This document shows positions 61,374-64,000 of a DNA stretch of 64,000 nt, piece by piece. Origin of the DNA: Anaeromyxobacter oryzae (GTDB taxonomy: Bacteria; Myxococcota; Myxococcia; Myxococcales; Anaeromyxobacteraceae); the NCBI RefSeq assembly GCF_023169945.1, contig NZ_AP025591.1, positions 3,156,481 to 3,220,480 of the forward strand. The letters run 5' to 3'. The position numbers and the translations under genes are program-made. Under the pieces are notes generated by a model. The model was not told the origin of the DNA and did no database searches. It saw nothing but the letters and a program-made list of their open reading frames with translations. The first letter of the stretch is position 1, and the number at the start of each line of letters is the position of its first letter.

Positions 61374-64000
61374 ATGTTCATCTCCGACTTCGCCATCAAG
61401 CGGCCCATCGTCACGGTCACCGTGATGCTCGCCCTCGTCCTGTTCGGCGTGATCTCCCTCGCCGCGCTGAAGACGGACGAGTTCCCGGACGTGCAGCCGC
61501 CCATCGTCGCGGTGACGATCGTCTACCCCGGCGCGTCGCCGGAGACCGTCGAGCGGGAGCTGATCGATCCCATCGAGGACGCGATCTTCTCCATCAGCGG
61601 CGTGGACGGGAAGCAGACCACCGCCTCCGCCATCGACGGGCTCGCGCAGTTCATCGTCTTCTTCGACTTCGAGAAGAACCTGCAGGAGGCGACGCAGGAC
61701 ATCCGCGACGCGATCAGCTCGAAGCGGCAGGACCTGCCGACCGAGATGGAGGAGCCGGTCATCACCCGGTTCGACCCGTCGCAGGAGCCCATCGTCACCC
61801 TCACGCTCACGTCGAAGCAGCTGCCCGTGCCGGTCCTCACGCGGCTCGCGGACGAGATCGTCTCGCGCGACCTCCGGAGCGTCCAGGGCGTCGCCGACGT
61901 GCGGCTCGTCGGCGGGCAGAAGCGCGAGCTCACCGTGGAGCTCCGGCCGGAAGCGCTCGCCGCTGCGGGGGTGTCCACCGCGGAGGTCGTCGTGGCGCTC
62001 CAGGCGCAGAACCTCGCCGCGCCGGTCGGGCGCGTGAACGGTCCGCTCACGGAGCAGAGCATCCGCCTCCGCGGCCGGCTCCAGACGCCGGCCGAGTTCG
62101 AGGGCATCGCCGTCGCGAGCCGGGGCGGGCAGGTCGTCCGCCTCGGCCAGCTCGCGCGCGTCTATGACGGCGCGGAGGAGCAGCGGACGCTCGCGCTCTT
62201 CGACTCGGGCGAGGCGGTGGGGCTCGAGGTCCTGAAGACGAAGGGCTACTCGACGACGTCGGTGTCCGACCAGGTGAAGGCGCGCGCGCGGGCCCTGGAG
62301 CCGCGCCTCCAGGGCGCGAAGCTCGAGATCGTCCAGGACGCCGGGGAGCGGGTGCGCCGGTCGGTGCGGGAGGTCCAGACGACCCTCGTCGAGGGCGCGC
62401 TCCTCACGGTGCTGGTGGTCTTCTTCTTCCTCAACTCCTGGCGCTCGACCGTGATCACCGGCCTCGCGCTGCCGGTCTCCGCCCTCGCGGCGTTCATCAG
62501 CGTCTGGGCGTTCGGCTTCACGCTCAACACGATGTCGCTCCTCGGCCTCTCGCTCGCCATCGGCATCCTCATCGACGATGCGATCGTCGTCCGCGAGAAC
62601 ATCGTCCGGCACATCGAGCTCGGCGAGGATCACACCGTCGCGTCGCACCACGGCACGGACGAGATCGGGCTCGCGGTCGCGGCGACGACCTTCTCCATCG
62701 TCGCCGTCTTCGTGCCCGTGGCGTTCATGTACGGGCTCGCCGGGCAGTGGTTCAAGCCATTCGCCCTCACCATCGCGGCCGCGGTCCTCGTCTCGCTGTT
62801 CGTCTCGTTCTCCCTCGACCCGATGATGTCCGCGTACTGGCCGGACCCGCAGGTCGAGCAGGGCCAGCGGCGCGGGCCCGTCGGGCGCGTCCTCGGCGCG
62901 TTCAATCGCTGGTTCGATCGGCAGGCGGATCGCTACAAGGGCATCATCTCGTGGTCGCTCGACCACCGGCTCGCGATGCTCGTCATCGCCGGTGGCCTGT
63001 TCTTCGGCGCGATGTTCCTGCAGGCGAAGGTGGGCGGCGCCGGGTTCGTCCCGGTGTCGGACCGGAGCGAGGTGAACCTCATCATCCAGACGCCGCCGGG
63101 CTCGTCCCTCGACTACACCCGCCGCAAGGTCGAGGAGGCGGATCGGATCCTCCGCGCCCACCGCGAGGTCGCGTACACGTACGCGTCGATCGGCACGCCC
63201 ATCCCGCTCCAGGCGCCCGGCGTCGACCAGGCGCTCGTCTACGTACGGCTCGTGCCCAAGGCGAACCGGTCGATCTCGCAGGACCGGCTCGGCGCCGTGC
63301 TCCGCCGCGAGCTGTCCCGGATCGCGGGCGCGGACGTCTCGGTCTTCACGAGCGGGTTCGGCGGCGCCTTCAAGTCGATCCAGGTGCAGCTCCGCGGCGA
63401 GGACGCGAGGACGCTGGACGCGCTCGGGGAGCGGGCGAAGAAGCTCATCCAGACGGTGCCCGGCGCGGTCGACGTGGGCCTCTCCACCCGCGGCCAGAAG
63501 CCCGAGCTCGCCGTCGAGGTCGATCGCGGCCTAGCCGGGAACCTCGGCGTCACGGTGGGCCAGATCGCCCAGTCCCTCCGGATCGCGTTCGCGGGGCTCC
63601 ACTCGGGCGACTGGGTGGATCCCTCCGGCGAGACGCGGAAGGTGATGGTGCGCCTCGCGCCGGAGGCCCGCCGCCGCGCCGGCGACCTCCGCCAGCTGCC
63701 GCTCGTGGTGCCGGGCCCGGGCGGCCGGCCCCAGGTCCTGCCGCTCGGGCAGGTTGCGCACGTCGAGGACGGGTTCGGGCCCGGCGAGATCTCGCACCTC
63801 GACCGGAAGAAGGTCGTGAACGTGCAGGGCAACGTCTCGGGCCGCTCGCTCTCCGAGGTGATCTCCGACATCCAGCCGAAGCTCGCGGCCGAGCTGCGGC
63901 TCCCCCCCGGCTACACGATCCGCCAGGGCGGCGAGACCGCCGACCAGGCCGAGGTGTTCGGGCGGGTGGGGCTCGCGCTGCTCATGGCCATCCTGCTCAT
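61374..64000 (+). CDS. RND efflux transporter permease (AcrB/HAE1-like), 3' partial
   Basis: MFISDFAIKRPIVTVTVMLALVLFGVISLAALKTDEFPDVQPPIVAVTIVYPGASPE is the canonical AcrB N-terminus; open to the window end. Confidence 0.9.
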   Translation, partial: MFISDFAIKRPIVTVTVMLALVLFGVISLAALKTDEFPDVQPPIVAVTIVYPGASPETVERELIDPIEDAIFSISGVDGKQTTASAIDGLAQFIVFFDFEKNLQEATQDIRDAISSKRQDLPTEMEEPVITRFDPSQEPIVTLTLTSKQLPVPVLTRLADEIVSRDLRSVQGVADVRLVGGQKRELTVELRPEALAAAGVSTAEVVVALQAQNLAAPVGRVNGPLTEQSIRLRGRLQTPAEFEGIAVASRGGQVVRLGQLARVYDGAEEQRTLALFDSGEAVGLEVLKTKGYSTTSVSDQVKARARALEPRLQGAKLEIVQDAGERVRRSVREVQTTLVEGALLTVLVVFFFLNSWRSTVITGLALPVSALAAFISVWAFGFTLNTMSLLGLSLAIGILIDDAIVVRENIVRHIELGEDHTVASHHGTDEIGLAVAATTFSIVAVFVPVAFMYGLAGQWFKPFALTIAAAVLVSLFVSFSLDPMMSAYWPDPQVEQGQRRGPVGRVLGAFNRWFDRQADRYKGIISWSLDHRLAMLVIAGGLFFGAMFLQAKVGGAGFVPVSDRSEVNLIIQTPPGSSLDYTRRKVEEADRILRAHREVAYTYASIGTPIPLQAPGVDQALVYVRLVPKANRSISQDRLGAVLRRELSRIAGADVSVFTSGFGGAFKSIQVQLRGEDARTLDALGERAKKLIQTVPGAVDVGLSTRGQKPELAVEVDRGLAGNLGVTVGQIAQSLRIAFAGLHSGDWVDPSGETRKVMVRLAPEARRRAGDLRQLPLVVPGPGGRPQVLPLGQVAHVEDGFGPGEISHLDRKKVVNVQGNVSGRSLSEVISDIQPKLAAELRLPPGYTIRQGGETADQAEVFGRVGLALLMAILL

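Noticed and set aside
60870-63161. 763-aa minus-strand ORF opposite the RND genes
   Set aside because: The AcrB-type N-terminus and adaptor on the plus strand are diagnostic. The minus ORF is Arg/Asp/Glu/Leu low-complexity.

Overview
This is a very GC-rich (about 73-75% GC) bacterial chromosomal window. The gene content and codon usage look like a Myxococcota / Anaeromyxobacter-type deltaproteobacterium, but that is inference only. Because of the GC content the six-frame track is full of long spurious ORFs that are antisense or out of frame, are Arg/Ala/Gly/Pro-rich and have no recognisable family. I called genes only where the translated protein matches a recognisable family or shows signal-peptide, lipoprotein or TM features and GC3-biased codons. 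Content from left to right is as follows. (1) A partial outer-membrane protein, an AstA-like succinyltransferase, dtd and a HIT protein. (2) A tightly overlapped nine-gene aromatic amino-acid operon (aroH, DAHP synthase, tyrA, aroA, aroE, aroC, aroK, aroB, aroQ) followed by a GT2 glycosyltransferase. (3) A receiver-domain regulator, several secreted and lipoprotein hypotheticals, a class-A beta-lactamase-like hydrolase, rluD-like, ctaA and hflX. (4) An orphan STAS protein, a GST, a frameshifted flotillin (SPFH) gene, an ABC/ABC-2/secreted-protein operon, and MFS, DEDDh exonuclease, LysE and M48 protease genes. (5) An HNH-endonuclease gene preceded by G-rich tandem repeats and a perfect hairpin. 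(6) proB, proA and rsfS. (7) A Cys-repeat lipoprotein next to a 13-motif CxxCH/CxxxxCH multiheme lipoprotein. (8) EamA and a Ser/Thr kinase, then a 1197-aa pyruvate:ferredoxin oxidoreductase. (9) An RND efflux pair at the right edge. The most interesting locus is 56801-58608. It encodes a HemK-like (QPPY-motif) SAM methyltransferase whose C-terminus looks like a PqqD-type RiPP recognition element. Immediately after it lies a 63-aa peptide gene with a strong RBS, an NHLP/double-glycine-type leader (ELRVAAGG) and a core built from three [Y/H]KF[A/S]P[I/L] repeats. This two-gene module is bracketed by two near-identical GC-rich hairpin elements. It is a candidate novel RiPP (methylated peptide) system. 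No rRNA, tRNA or CRISPR was recognised.
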